A stretch of 64,000 nt of DNA from an uncultured delta proteobacterium (GTDB taxonomy: Bacteria > Desulfobacterota > Binatia > DP-6): NCBI GenBank assembly GCA_963815115.1, contig CAWFFN010000007.1:320001-384000 (forward strand). Direction: 5' to 3'. The notes beneath the pieces are model-generated. The model had not been told where the DNA came from, ran no database searches, and saw only the letters and a list, made by a program, of their open reading frames with translations. Made by a program: the position numbers and the translations under genes. Shown piece by piece: positions 9,312 through 18,379 of this stretch (positions are counted from its first letter, which is position 1; each line of letters opens with the position of its first letter).

Positions 9312-9442
9312 CCGTGCCCGTCGATGGCGGCCGGCCGTCGGGCCACCGCTCCGTGGCGCACCGGGTACGTTGGATCCTGCCGGCGGTCAAGCGCGAGGCG
9401 CGAGCGGAGCGGGACGGCGGGCGCGCCGGGCGCGCGAGCGGG

Positions 9443-10006
9443 CTACTGGACACCGGGCCCCGGAGTCAGCGCCATGGGGTCGACGCCGAGCCCGCGGATC
9501 GCCGTCTCCCACATCTCGTCGGCAGGCGTCGCGAAGACCAGGTCGGGATCGGCAGGCGCGGTGAGCCACGCCGACTCGGCAAGCTCGCGATCGAGCTGAC
9601 GCGGTCCCCACCCGGCGTAGCCGAGCAGGAGTCGGCAGCGGCGCCGCGGCAGCTCGAGCGGATGCGCCTCGAGCAGCGGGCGGAGCGTCTCCATCGAGGC
9701 GGTGAGATAGAAGCCCTCGCCGATGCGCTGGCTCCCGTCGGTCTCCGGATCGTTGCCGAGCAGCAGGAAGCCGCGATTGGTCTCGACGGGACCGCCGGTC
9801 CACAAGCGGAGCCCGCTGTCGCGCTGGGGCGGCGGGTCGAGCGCCACCGCGTTCGCCGCGCGGACGTCGGTGGGACGGTTCACCACGAACCCGACAGCGC
9901 CCTCCGGGCTGTGTTCGCACAGGAGCACGACGGCGCGGCTGAAGTTCGGGTCGCGGAGCTGCGGCATCGCCAGGAGCAACGATGGCGCGAGAGATCCGTC
10001 GGCCAT
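9443..10006 (-). CDS. YqgE/AlgH (UPF0301) family protein
   Basis: LLLAMPQLRDPNFSRAV, GFVVNRP, GGPV, GYAGWGPRQLDRE..W. Confidence 0.93.
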   Translation of the reverse strand: MADGSLAPSLLLAMPQLRDPNFSRAVVLLCEHSPEGAVGFVVNRPTDVRAANAVALDPPPQRDSGLRLWTGGPVETNRGFLLLGNDPETDGSQRIGEGFYLTASMETLRPLLEAHPLELPRRRCRLLLGYAGWGPRQLDRELAESAWLTAPADPDLVFATPADEMWETAIRGLGVDPMALTPGPGVQ

Positions 10007-10050
10007 GTGGAATGCTTCACTTGCGCTGGCGGGTTTGTCAACCAGGCCAG

Positions 10051-10872
10051 TCACACACTCGATACGCGATGGTCGAGGGGACGGCGTCCGCCGCCGATCG
10101 CGGGCGCGGCGGCGAGGCCGCGGTGCACGAAGCGTCGCGCGCGCGCCACGGCCGCGACCAGGTCTTCGCCGCCGGCGAGCGCGGCGGCGATGGCGGCGGA
10201 CAGGGTGCAGCCCGTCCCGTGCGTCGGTCCGGAGGGCACACGCGCGGCGTCGAGCTCGTGGATGCTACCGGCCACGAGCAGGACGTCGATCGGCCGATCG
10301 GGCAGATGGCCGCCCTTGACGAGCGCCGCCGTCGCTCCGAGATCGACCAGGGCCTGCGCGGCCTCGCGCATGCCGGCGACGTCCTCGACCGGCCGGCCGG
10401 TGAGGGCCGTCGCCTCCGCGAGGTTCGGCGTGACGAGGAGCGCGTGCGGCAGGAGCGTACGCAGCGCCGCCGCCGTTCCCGCGTCGGCGAGCGAGTCGCC
10501 GCTGCCTGCCACCAGCACGGGATCGACGACGAGGCGGGGAAGCGGACGGCGGCGGAGCCGGGCGGCGAGCGCCTCGGCGAGGGCCGAGGTCGGGACGAGT
10601 CCCAGCTTGGCGGCGGCGACCGGCAGGTCGTCGTCCACCGCGTCGAGCTGGGCGAGAACCACGTCGGGCGCCACGGGGTGGACCGCGCGGACGCCCCGGG
10701 TGTTCTGCACGGTCAGCGTGGTGATGACGGCGGCGCCATAGACGCCGAAGGCGTGGAACGTCTTCAGATCCGCCTGGATGCCTGCCCCGCCACTCGGATC
10801 CGAGCCGGCGACGCTCAGAGCCACCGCGATCGCTGGCCCCCGGACGGCGGGTTCTGTACGGTGCGGCGCCAT
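10051..10872 (-). CDS. thiD: Hydroxymethylpyrimidine/phosphomethylpyrimidine kinase
   Basis: AGSDPSGGAGIQADLKTF, TVQNT, VDPV, TPNLAEA, KGGH, HGTGCTLSAAI. Alternative start GTG 10824. Confidence 0.95.
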   Translation of the reverse strand: MAPHRTEPAVRGPAIAVALSVAGSDPSGGAGIQADLKTFHAFGVYGAAVITTLTVQNTRGVRAVHPVAPDVVLAQLDAVDDDLPVAAAKLGLVPTSALAEALAARLRRRPLPRLVVDPVLVAGSGDSLADAGTAAALRTLLPHALLVTPNLAEATALTGRPVEDVAGMREAAQALVDLGATAALVKGGHLPDRPIDVLLVAGSIHELDAARVPSGPTHGTGCTLSAAIAAALAGGEDLVAAVARARRFVHRGLAAAPAIGGGRRPLDHRVSSV

Positions 10873-11617
10873 GCAGCTGGAGGTCTACCAGACGGACGCG
10901 GAGGTGTACGAGGCCGCGTCGGCGCTGGCGGCCGAGCGCCTGACGGCGGCGGCGGCGACGGGTCGGGCAACCGTTGCGGTCCCCGGTGGCCGTGGCGGCC
11001 GCGCGCTGATGCTGGCCCTCGCCGCCCGCGGCGACGTGCCGTGGCAGCGGCTGGAGGTATTCTTCACGGACGAATGCTGCGTCCCGGACGGTGATGCGCG
11101 CAGCACCCTGCACCTGGCGCGCGAGAGCCTGCTCGGTCCGCGCGGCGTGCCCGCTGCTCGCGTCCATCCGATCCCGGTCGGCGGCGGAGATCCGGCGCGG
11201 GCGGCCGCGGCGTACGCGGAGGTGCTGGCCCGCGAGGTGGGCGTGCCTCCGGTGCTCGATCTGGTCCTGCTGGATCTCGGTGCCGGCGGCGAGATCGCGG
11301 CGTTGATGGCGGGCAGCAACGCCGCGCGGAGCGCGAGCACGGTGGCGGCGGTGGAAGCGTCGCAGGTCACCCTCGAGCCGCGCCTGGCCCGGATCACGCT
11401 CACCGGCGCCGCGCTGCGCAGCGCCCGTCACGTGATCGTCACGGCGACCGGCGCCGAGCGAGCGGGCGCGCTGGCGGCGGCGTTGCGCGAGCCCGCCGAC
11501 CCGCCGTGCCGTCCGGCGCAGGCCGTGCTGCCGTCGGCCATGGTGTCGTGGTTCGTCGACCGCGCCGCTGCCGAGCCGCTCCTGCGCGACGCCCACCCGG
11601 CGCCCGGCTCTCAGTAG
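10871..11617 (+). CDS. pgl: 6-phosphogluconolactonase-like protein (catalytic motifs degenerate)
   Basis: Fold signatures VAVPGG, VPWQRLEVFFTDE, DLVLL, RITLT, VSWFVDRAAA. The typical DER and DGHTASLFP motifs are altered. Confidence 0.75.
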   Translation: MQLEVYQTDAEVYEAASALAAERLTAAAATGRATVAVPGGRGGRALMLALAARGDVPWQRLEVFFTDECCVPDGDARSTLHLARESLLGPRGVPAARVHPIPVGGGDPARAAAAYAEVLAREVGVPPVLDLVLLDLGAGGEIAALMAGSNAARSASTVAAVEASQVTLEPRLARITLTGAALRSARHVIVTATGAERAGALAAALREPADPPCRPAQAVLPSAMVSWFVDRAAAEPLLRDAHPAPGSQ

Positions 11618-14600
11618 CGACGCCGCCAGAGCAGATCGACGGCGCTGTCGCCACGCGTCGAGGTGGACAGCTTGAGCGAGAGACTGCGGGTGACCGAATA
11701 GTCGACGCCCATCACCTGTCCCGCGCGTCCCGTGAAGTCCTGAGCCAGGCTCACGAAGACGTCGCGGGTCACGTAGCGGCCGGCCCGGACGCCCTCGTCG
11801 CCCACCTCGAAGGTATCGAGGCCGAGGGTGTTCATCACCGATTGGCGCAGCTCGGGCATGACGTAGCCGGAGGCCAGCGAGATGGCCTGGCGTTGCAGAT
11901 CGACGCCCTGCTGGTGGCCGAGGTCGCGAGCGGGCCGGCCGAACACCAGCAGGGAGAGGATGTCGGCTTGCTCGAGCGGGGGCTCGGAGGAGAGGGCCAA
12001 CGCCGGCGCCGACGCGCGCCCGGTGATCTCGACCTTCACCTCGTACTCGCCGGTCTTGTTGATCGCGGTGATGTCGAGCTGCGGGTCGGGGGGGACGTCG
12101 CCCCCGAAGATGATGTGGCCGTCGTCGAGATCGAAGCGACGGCCCTGGAATGCGTACCAGCCGCGCACGAGTCGGATGTCGCCGGTGACGAAGAGCGGCT
12201 GGTAGGCTTCCTTGCCGAGCTGAAGCCGGCCGCGCAGCTCGACGTCGGCATCGTTGCGCCGGATCCAGGCGTTGCGATCGATGCGGATCTCGACGTCGAG
12301 CGACAGGGCATCGGCGACGTCCAGTGCGGGCTCGGCAGGCCGCGTGTCGGGTGGCTCCTCGCTTCCGACGACCTCGATCGTGGGATCGGGCTCGATGCTC
12401 GGTCCCGAGGTCGTCTCGAGAAGGGTGGGACGGACGAGGAGGCGCGTGAGGGTCAGCTGGCCTCGCACGACGGGGTAGGCGAGCGATCCCTCGACGGTGA
12501 GGCTGCCGTCGGTCGCCGCTTCGTAAGCGGGCAGCGCGACCGCCAGGAAGCGATCGAATCGGAGTCGGAGCGCGAACGGCGTCGTCGTCGTCGCGAACAG
12601 CGCCAGCGAGCCACTGCCGTCCACCGTGCCGTCGCCGGTGTGCGCACGCAGGGACTCGAGCTCGATGGTTTGCCCCCTGGCGACGGCCATCACCTCGATC
12701 CGGTCGTAGGTGACCCCGGTGGCCCGGAGACGCACCCGCCCGTCGCGCAGGCTCATCGTCCCGTCGGCACGGAGCTCGCGCCAGGGCCCACGCAGGCGCG
12801 CGTCACCGACGAGACGGCCGGCGCTCTGCTGGATGGCGTCCGGCGCGAGCAGGCGGACCACCGCCAGGTCGAGGCCGTCCGTGTGCACGCCGAGATCGAC
12901 GGGCGCATCGCTCAGGTCGCGACGCGGACCCTCCCAGGCGAGGTCGACCGGCAGGGCGCCCGAGAGGTCGAGCCGGCCCGCTTCGGCCTGCGTGACGGTG
13001 CCCCGGAGCGACAGCAGGCGATCGGCATAGCTGCCGGTGAAGGACAGCGCGGTGGTCGGAGCCTTCTCGAGGGTGATGCGGTCGGCCCGCGCCGTGAGCG
13101 TCAGGCTGGGACTCGCCGCCGTGCCGGACACTTTCACCGTGCCGCCGGTGAGGCCGGCGCACTCGAGCCCGCGCAGGCGGCAGAGCGCACCGACGTCGAC
13201 GTCCGTCCAGTCCAGCGCCGCGTCGGCGGGACCGCTCAGGCCCGCGCGCCCCGCGACGGCGACGTGCTGCGAGCCCGCCGCCAGCTCGAGCCGATCGACC
13301 GACAGGGTGCCGGTACGGACGGTCAGTGACGCGGGGCGGACGAGGGTCCACGTGCCGTGGTCCGGCACCGTCGCCGTGAGGTCGCGCAGGTCCATGCCCA
13401 GATCGCCGGTCGGCGCGCGACGGATCGCGGCGTGCGTGACCAGCCTGGCGCCGTCCTCGGCGTGTCCCTCGACACGGACGGCGGCGTTGTCGGTCCCGCC
13501 AGCCCGCTGCAGGTCGGCGGCCACGGTGCCGGTCCAGGGTGACGACCCTTCGACGCGCAACGTGCTCAGGTCGGCGCTCAGGCGGCCGGCCGGCGTCGCG
13601 CCGCCGATGCCCGTCAGCGCGGCCGTGAGCACCCCACGCTGGAGCGTGGCGAAGCCGGTGCCGACGTTCTCCGCCGTGAGCGTTCCGTCCACGGCGAGCT
13701 GTCGGAGCGGACCGCGAACCGTGGCCCGGGTGGTCATCGCGCCGGTGACGTCGGCCCCCGCGGCGCGGGCGGCGCCGGCGACGCTGCCGGCGGCCGTGAT
13801 AGTCGCGTCGAGCGTCTCGCGCTGCAGGTCGAGGGTGCCGGTCGCGTTCGCGCGCACGCCGCGGGCGAGCGCGGTGCCGTCCTCCACCCGGAGCGTGTCT
13901 CCGCGGAGCGTCAGCCTGGCGCTTCCACCGTCGACCGGCACATCGAGCAGGCGCGCGCCGTCGACATCCACCCGCAGCGCCACGCTGCGCCCCGGGCCGG
14001 TGAATCCGCGCCCTTCGACGGTCGCGCGGACGCGGCCGCTGCCGGGCATGGCGGGAAGGAGCGCGGCCAGGTCGACGATCTGGAGGCGTCCGCGTGCGGT
14101 GTAGGAGGGCTCGCCGGACCAGGACAGGTGGCCGTCGATGGCGGCCCGGCCAGCGCGTGCGACCACGACGCCGCGGGCGTCGAGGCCATCGCTCACGATG
14201 CGCCCGGCGAGCCGCGCCTCCGCGACGTCGACGCCCTCGAGGCCCGAGGGCGCGAGCCGGATGCGCAGGTCGAGTGGTGTCTCGAGGGTGGTGATCGCAC
14301 CCCGACCCGCAAGATGGCCGGTCAGGTCACTCCTCGGCAGAGTGGCCTCGACGGCGGCGAGGTCGAGATGACGGACGCGTGCCCGCGCCGCGTAGGGCAG
14401 TCCACCGGCGGCGGCGTTGACGACGCCGAACAGTCGGATCGCCCCGGCGTCGCGGCTGCGCAGCGCCGTCCGGAGGGCGATGCGGTGCCACGGGCCGCGT
14501 GCCACCACCGTGCCGTCGAGGTCCGGACGGCTCGGGACGGCTGGCACGATCGCGCGCAGCTCGCGGATCGAGAGCGGGGCGGCAGCGAGCTTCAGGTCCA

Positions 14601-15336
14601 CCAGACGGTCGAAGACGATTCGCCCGCCGCCCCGGAGCTGGCTGCGCCGCGTGGCGACCGTCAGGTCCTCGAACTGGATCGCGTCGCCGCTCGCCCCGAT
14701 CGTGAGGCCACCGCGCGCGGCGAGCGGCGAGACGGCGATGCCGCGAGGCACGGCGTTTAGGCTGGCCACATCGATGTGCACGCCCGTGGGGTCCATTGCC
14801 AGGGAACCGTCGAGGGCCAGCTGCGCGAGGGCGATGCGGCCAGGCGGCGCGGCCCCCAACGCCAGGTCGAGGCGGCCATCCTCGATGACCACCCGGCGGA
14901 TGCGGAGCGTGGGCAGCGGGGTTTCGCTCTCGCTCCCGGACGGCCCGGGCGCGACGAAGCCCCAGCCCTCGGCGGTGGCGAAGGCGCGGGCGCGTACGCC
15001 GCGCAGCCGCACCGAGCCGGCCTCGATCCGGCCGGAGAGCAGCACCTGGAGGGCATACGAAGCCGTCAGCTCGCGGGCGCTGACGCGCGCGCCGCCGGGA
15101 AATTGCAGATCGATGTCATGCGCCCAGATGCCGGTGACCAGCGAGCCGCCCACGCGGCCGATCGACACGCGTGCGTCCGTCGCCTGGACGAGGAGGGAGG
15201 TGATCCAATCACGCAGCTGCGCTTCTCCCACGGGCGTGCGGACGGCCATCACGAGCAGCACCAGGCCGACGGCGGCCAGGAGGAGAACGCCGGTCAGCAC
15301 GCGCACGGCGCGGCGGACGAGACGCAGCGAGGCCAT
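11611..15336 (-). CDS. tamB: Translocation and assembly module protein TamB (AsmA-like)
   Basis: N-terminal membrane anchor and about 1240 aa of beta-rich repeats. C-terminal DUF490-like region (PDPQLDI, LSSEPPLEQADILSLLVFG, GRYVTRDVFVS). Lies directly downstream of an Omp85 gene. Confidence 0.88.
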   Translation of the reverse strand: MASLRLVRRAVRVLTGVLLLAAVGLVLLVMAVRTPVGEAQLRDWITSLLVQATDARVSIGRVGGSLVTGIWAHDIDLQFPGGARVSARELTASYALQVLLSGRIEAGSVRLRGVRARAFATAEGWGFVAPGPSGSESETPLPTLRIRRVVIEDGRLDLALGAAPPGRIALAQLALDGSLAMDPTGVHIDVASLNAVPRGIAVSPLAARGGLTIGASGDAIQFEDLTVATRRSQLRGGGRIVFDRLVDLKLAAAPLSIRELRAIVPAVPSRPDLDGTVVARGPWHRIALRTALRSRDAGAIRLFGVVNAAAGGLPYAARARVRHLDLAAVEATLPRSDLTGHLAGRGAITTLETPLDLRIRLAPSGLEGVDVAEARLAGRIVSDGLDARGVVVARAGRAAIDGHLSWSGEPSYTARGRLQIVDLAALLPAMPGSGRVRATVEGRGFTGPGRSVALRVDVDGARLLDVPVDGGSARLTLRGDTLRVEDGTALARGVRANATGTLDLQRETLDATITAAGSVAGAARAAGADVTGAMTTRATVRGPLRQLAVDGTLTAENVGTGFATLQRGVLTAALTGIGGATPAGRLSADLSTLRVEGSSPWTGTVAADLQRAGGTDNAAVRVEGHAEDGARLVTHAAIRRAPTGDLGMDLRDLTATVPDHGTWTLVRPASLTVRTGTLSVDRLELAAGSQHVAVAGRAGLSGPADAALDWTDVDVGALCRLRGLECAGLTGGTVKVSGTAASPSLTLTARADRITLEKAPTTALSFTGSYADRLLSLRGTVTQAEAGRLDLSGALPVDLAWEGPRRDLSDAPVDLGVHTDGLDLAVVRLLAPDAIQQSAGRLVGDARLRGPWRELRADGTMSLRDGRVRLRATGVTYDRIEVMAVARGQTIELESLRAHTGDGTVDGSGSLALFATTTTPFALRLRFDRFLAVALPAYEAATDGSLTVEGSLAYPVVRGQLTLTRLLVRPTLLETTSGPSIEPDPTIEVVGSEEPPDTRPAEPALDVADALSLDVEIRIDRNAWIRRNDADVELRGRLQLGKEAYQPLFVTGDIRLVRGWYAFQGRRFDLDDGHIIFGGDVPPDPQLDITAINKTGEYEVKVEITGRASAPALALSSEPPLEQADILSLLVFGRPARDLGHQQGVDLQRQAISLASGYVMPELRQSVMNTLGLDTFEVGDEGVRAGRYVTRDVFVSLAQDFTGRAGQVMGVDYSVTRSLSLKLSTSTRGDSAVDLLWRRRY

Positions 15337-15337
15337 C

Positions 15338-17227
15338 CTAGAAAGTGTCTCCCACCGCCAGGTATACCTGCCAGGTGGAATCGTCGCCCCGGCGGTTGAG
15401 CGGGAAGCCGAGGTCGACGCGGACCGGCCCGATGACGGAGCGGTAGCGGGCGCCGAGGCCGATGCCGTACTGCAGATCGTCGATCGGGAGGCGCCAGCTC
15501 TGCCTGTCCACCTGGCCGGCATCGAGGAACCCGGCGATGTCGATCGTCTTGGTGACCGGGTGCCGCAGCTCTGCGGAGAACTCGACCAGCGAGCGGCCGC
15601 CGACTGGCTCGTCGCAGTCGACGAAGTTCTTCCCCTTGGCGTTGCACTGCGCCGTGGTGAGGAGCGAGCTCGCCAGCGGCCCCACGCGGCGGCGCCCGTA
15701 GCCGCGGACCGAGCCGATGCCGCCGGCGTAGAAACGCTCGAAGAGCGGAATCTGCGTGCTCCCGTCCGTCGGCTGCTGGCTGCCGAGGCGGAGTCGCGTG
15801 GCGGCGCCGAAGCCCTCCACGAGCGGGACGTAGAGCCGTCCTTCGGCGATGAGGCGCAGGAGATGGACGTCGCCTCCGGCGCCGACGGGCTCGACGCTGA
15901 AGCGCCCGATCTCGCCCCGGCTGGGATTCACGAGATCGTCGGTGCCGTTCCAGTCGACTCCGAAGCCGAGGCCGGAGACCACCGATCGGGAAGGCCGGCT
16001 CTCGTCCTGGTGCGGGCCGCTGAGCGCCAGACGGACGGCGGGCTTCACGTTGCTGAGCAGGTCGAGCGAAGCGCGGTAGAAGGCGTAGGTGGCGAGGCGC
16101 GGCGTGACGTCCCATTCGAGCCGCGGCAGGAGCTTGGTCTCCAGGAGGTCATAGGTGGTCTCGACCTGCTGCTCCTGGAGGAAGATGGTCCGGAGGCGGC
16201 TGGTCTGGCTCGGGAAGTGGGGCTGGAGGAAATCCGCGGCGATCGTGCGATAGAGCTGCGAGACGCGCGCCGATACGCCCAGCTGCCGCCCGCCGCCGAG
16301 AAAGTCGTAGTCCCGCCAGCCCGCGATCCCGCGGATGCCCTCCTCGGTGTCGTAGCCGATGCCCAGCTTCACCTCGTGGCGCTCGGTCTCGGCGAGCTTG
16401 ACCTCGACGTCGACCGTCTCGTTGCGCGAGTCGTCCTCGACCAGGCGGACGCTGCGGAACAGGTGGAGCGCGTCGAGGTTCTTGCGCGTCTTGTCGAGCA
16501 GGCTTTGCTGGAATGGCTCGCCTTCCGTGAACGCGATCTCGCGCCGCACCACCTCTTCGTCGACCTCGTCGACGCCGGTGATGGTCACGCGGCCGAAGGT
16601 GGCGGCCGGCCCGGTATCGACGACGTAGCGCACGGTGGCGGTGTCATCGCGCACGTCCACGCGCGCCGACTTCTCGACGGTGACGCGCGCCCGGCCGCGC
16701 TGGCGGAAGTAGTCGCGCAGGGCCGAGCGCCCGCGCTCGTAGCGATCCTCCTCGAAGACGTCGCCCGGCTCGAGCGGCAGGTCCTTGCGGAGCCGCCGTT
16801 CCGCCTCGGCGGAGAGCGTCACGCCGTCGATGGCCAGGCCGACGTCGGTCACGTGGACCGCGGGGCCCTCGTGGATGTACACGGTGACCTCCACCACGTC
16901 GCCCTTGGCGGGCACCTCGACGTCGTCGCTGACGACGGCGTGGTAGTACCCCCGGCTGCGGTAGAGGGCCCGGATGCGCGCGAGATCCGTCCGGAAGGTA
17001 TACGGATCGAACGGGGGCCGCTCCTGCCAGAGCGCGAACCAGCGGCGCGGCCGCGTGAGCAGCGCGTCACGCAGCGCGCTGGCGCCGACCTCGCGATTGC
17101 CGTCGAAGCGCAGCACCCCGAGCCTCCAGGCGTGCTGGGTGTCGAGCGCGTCGCTCGAGACCCCACGGACGGGCTGCGGGGCGGTCAGGAGCGCCGCCAG
17201 CGCCAGGCCCATCACCCCGGAGCGCAC
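15338..17227 (-). CDS. tamA: Omp85 family outer-membrane protein, TamA-like
   Basis: Signal peptide, three POTRA-like segments, FYAGG..SVRGY motif, GPVRVDLGFP, C-terminal Phe. Confidence 0.88.
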   Translation of the reverse strand: MRSGVMGLALAALLTAPQPVRGVSSDALDTQHAWRLGVLRFDGNREVGASALRDALLTRPRRWFALWQERPPFDPYTFRTDLARIRALYRSRGYYHAVVSDDVEVPAKGDVVEVTVYIHEGPAVHVTDVGLAIDGVTLSAEAERRLRKDLPLEPGDVFEEDRYERGRSALRDYFRQRGRARVTVEKSARVDVRDDTATVRYVVDTGPAATFGRVTITGVDEVDEEVVRREIAFTEGEPFQQSLLDKTRKNLDALHLFRSVRLVEDDSRNETVDVEVKLAETERHEVKLGIGYDTEEGIRGIAGWRDYDFLGGGRQLGVSARVSQLYRTIAADFLQPHFPSQTSRLRTIFLQEQQVETTYDLLETKLLPRLEWDVTPRLATYAFYRASLDLLSNVKPAVRLALSGPHQDESRPSRSVVSGLGFGVDWNGTDDLVNPSRGEIGRFSVEPVGAGGDVHLLRLIAEGRLYVPLVEGFGAATRLRLGSQQPTDGSTQIPLFERFYAGGIGSVRGYGRRRVGPLASSLLTTAQCNAKGKNFVDCDEPVGGRSLVEFSAELRHPVTKTIDIAGFLDAGQVDRQSWRLPIDDLQYGIGLGARYRSVIGPVRVDLGFPLNRRGDDSTWQVYLAVGDTF

Positions 17228-17299
17228 CGGGCCACTGGTAACAGCCCGGACGGGAGGCGCAAGGTTCGCCCCGCAAGCCGCCGAACGGAAGGAGGGACG

Positions 17300-17659
17300 C
17301 TACCTGCAGATGTATGTCCCGCGCTCCGGACCCGGGTCGCTCACCAGCTCGCAGGCGAGACGCTGCCCTTCGGACACGAGCGCGAGGGACACGCTGCCGT
17401 CGGCGCCGAACACGAGATCGGTCTGGCCCCTGGTTGCCGGGCAGGGGTCGGTGCGGCAGCGCGAGAAGCGTCCCTGGCACTGGCTGGTGCCCTCCGAATC
17501 CGTGCTGCAGCTCCTGACCGTGAAGCGGAATCGGCTCTGAGCGCCGGAGTGGTCGACGAGGAGGCCGCGATAGGTCTGGTCCCGCGCCTGGGCGACTCCG
17601 GCGAGGAGCCCGAGACAATATGCGGCTGCGACTAGAGTCGTACGTGCGCTTGCAGTCAT
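17300..17659 (-). CDS. Small secreted hypothetical protein with six Cys
   Basis: Signal peptide ending AQA. The mature part is beta-rich with 6 Cys. Fills the gap between ppa and tamA on the same strand. Confidence 0.6.
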   Translation of the reverse strand: MTASARTTLVAAAYCLGLLAGVAQARDQTYRGLLVDHSGAQSRFRFTVRSCSTDSEGTSQCQGRFSRCRTDPCPATRGQTDLVFGADGSVSLALVSEGQRLACELVSDPGPERGTYICR

Positions 17660-17754
17660 GCGGCGCGCATACCGCACAGGAGGCAGGAAGTCTAGCCAAA
17701 GCGCGATGATTCTTGCGACCAAAGGAGCGCATTCGCGCATGCATGCGCGACCTC

Positions 17755-18375
17755 CTAGGCAAATCCGGCGCCGTAGTCCTCCATCGCGAAGCGGATCACG
17801 TCGCGAGCCGTGGTCGCGTCGTACTCGTGGGTGATCTCGCACACCGGAGCACCGCCCCGGCCATCGGGGAGCTGCTTGTAGGTCAGGAAGTAATGACGCA
17901 GGCGGTCGACGATCGGCCGGGGCACCTGGGCCAGATCGGTGTAGGCGCCGTACGCCGGATCGTCGATCAGCACGCCGATCAGCTTGTCGTCCGCCTCGTG
18001 GCGATCGAAGAGCCGCAGGCCGCCGATCGGCCGCGCGCGCAGGATGATGCTGCCGTGGTTGATCGGCCGCTCGGTGAGGACGCAGATGTCGATCGGGTCG
18101 CCGTCGCCGACCACGCCCTGGCGTCCGGTCGCCGCGGCCGACACGGCCGCGACGCGGTCCTTGCACCAGGTGCGCGGGATGAAGCCGTAGGGCGCGGGAC
18201 AGAGGCTCGAGAACTGCTGCGGGCGGTCGAGCTTCAGATGGCCCGACTCCTTGTCGACCTCGTACTTGACGGTGTCGGTGGGGACGAGCTCGACGAAGAC
18301 GTTCACCACGTCGGGAGCGCGGTCTCCGACCGGAATGCCGTGCCAGGGATGCGACTGCAGGCGATGGAGCGTCAT
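17755..18375 (-). CDS. ppa: Inorganic pyrophosphatase (family I)
   Basis: HPWHG, KYEVDK, YGFIPRT, DGDPIDI, DDKLI, YFLTYK. Confidence 0.95.
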   Translation of the reverse strand: MTLHRLQSHPWHGIPVGDRAPDVVNVFVELVPTDTVKYEVDKESGHLKLDRPQQFSSLCPAPYGFIPRTWCKDRVAAVSAAATGRQGVVGDGDPIDICVLTERPINHGSIILRARPIGGLRLFDRHEADDKLIGVLIDDPAYGAYTDLAQVPRPIVDRLRHYFLTYKQLPDGRGGAPVCEITHEYDATTARDVIRFAMEDYGAGFA

Positions 18376-18379
18376 GCCG

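Noticed and set aside
14417-17635. Long antisense and off-frame ORFs (also 27653..30220, 34983..38837, 47148..49664 and others)
   Set aside because: These are stop-poor shadow frames of high-GC genes with no motifs.
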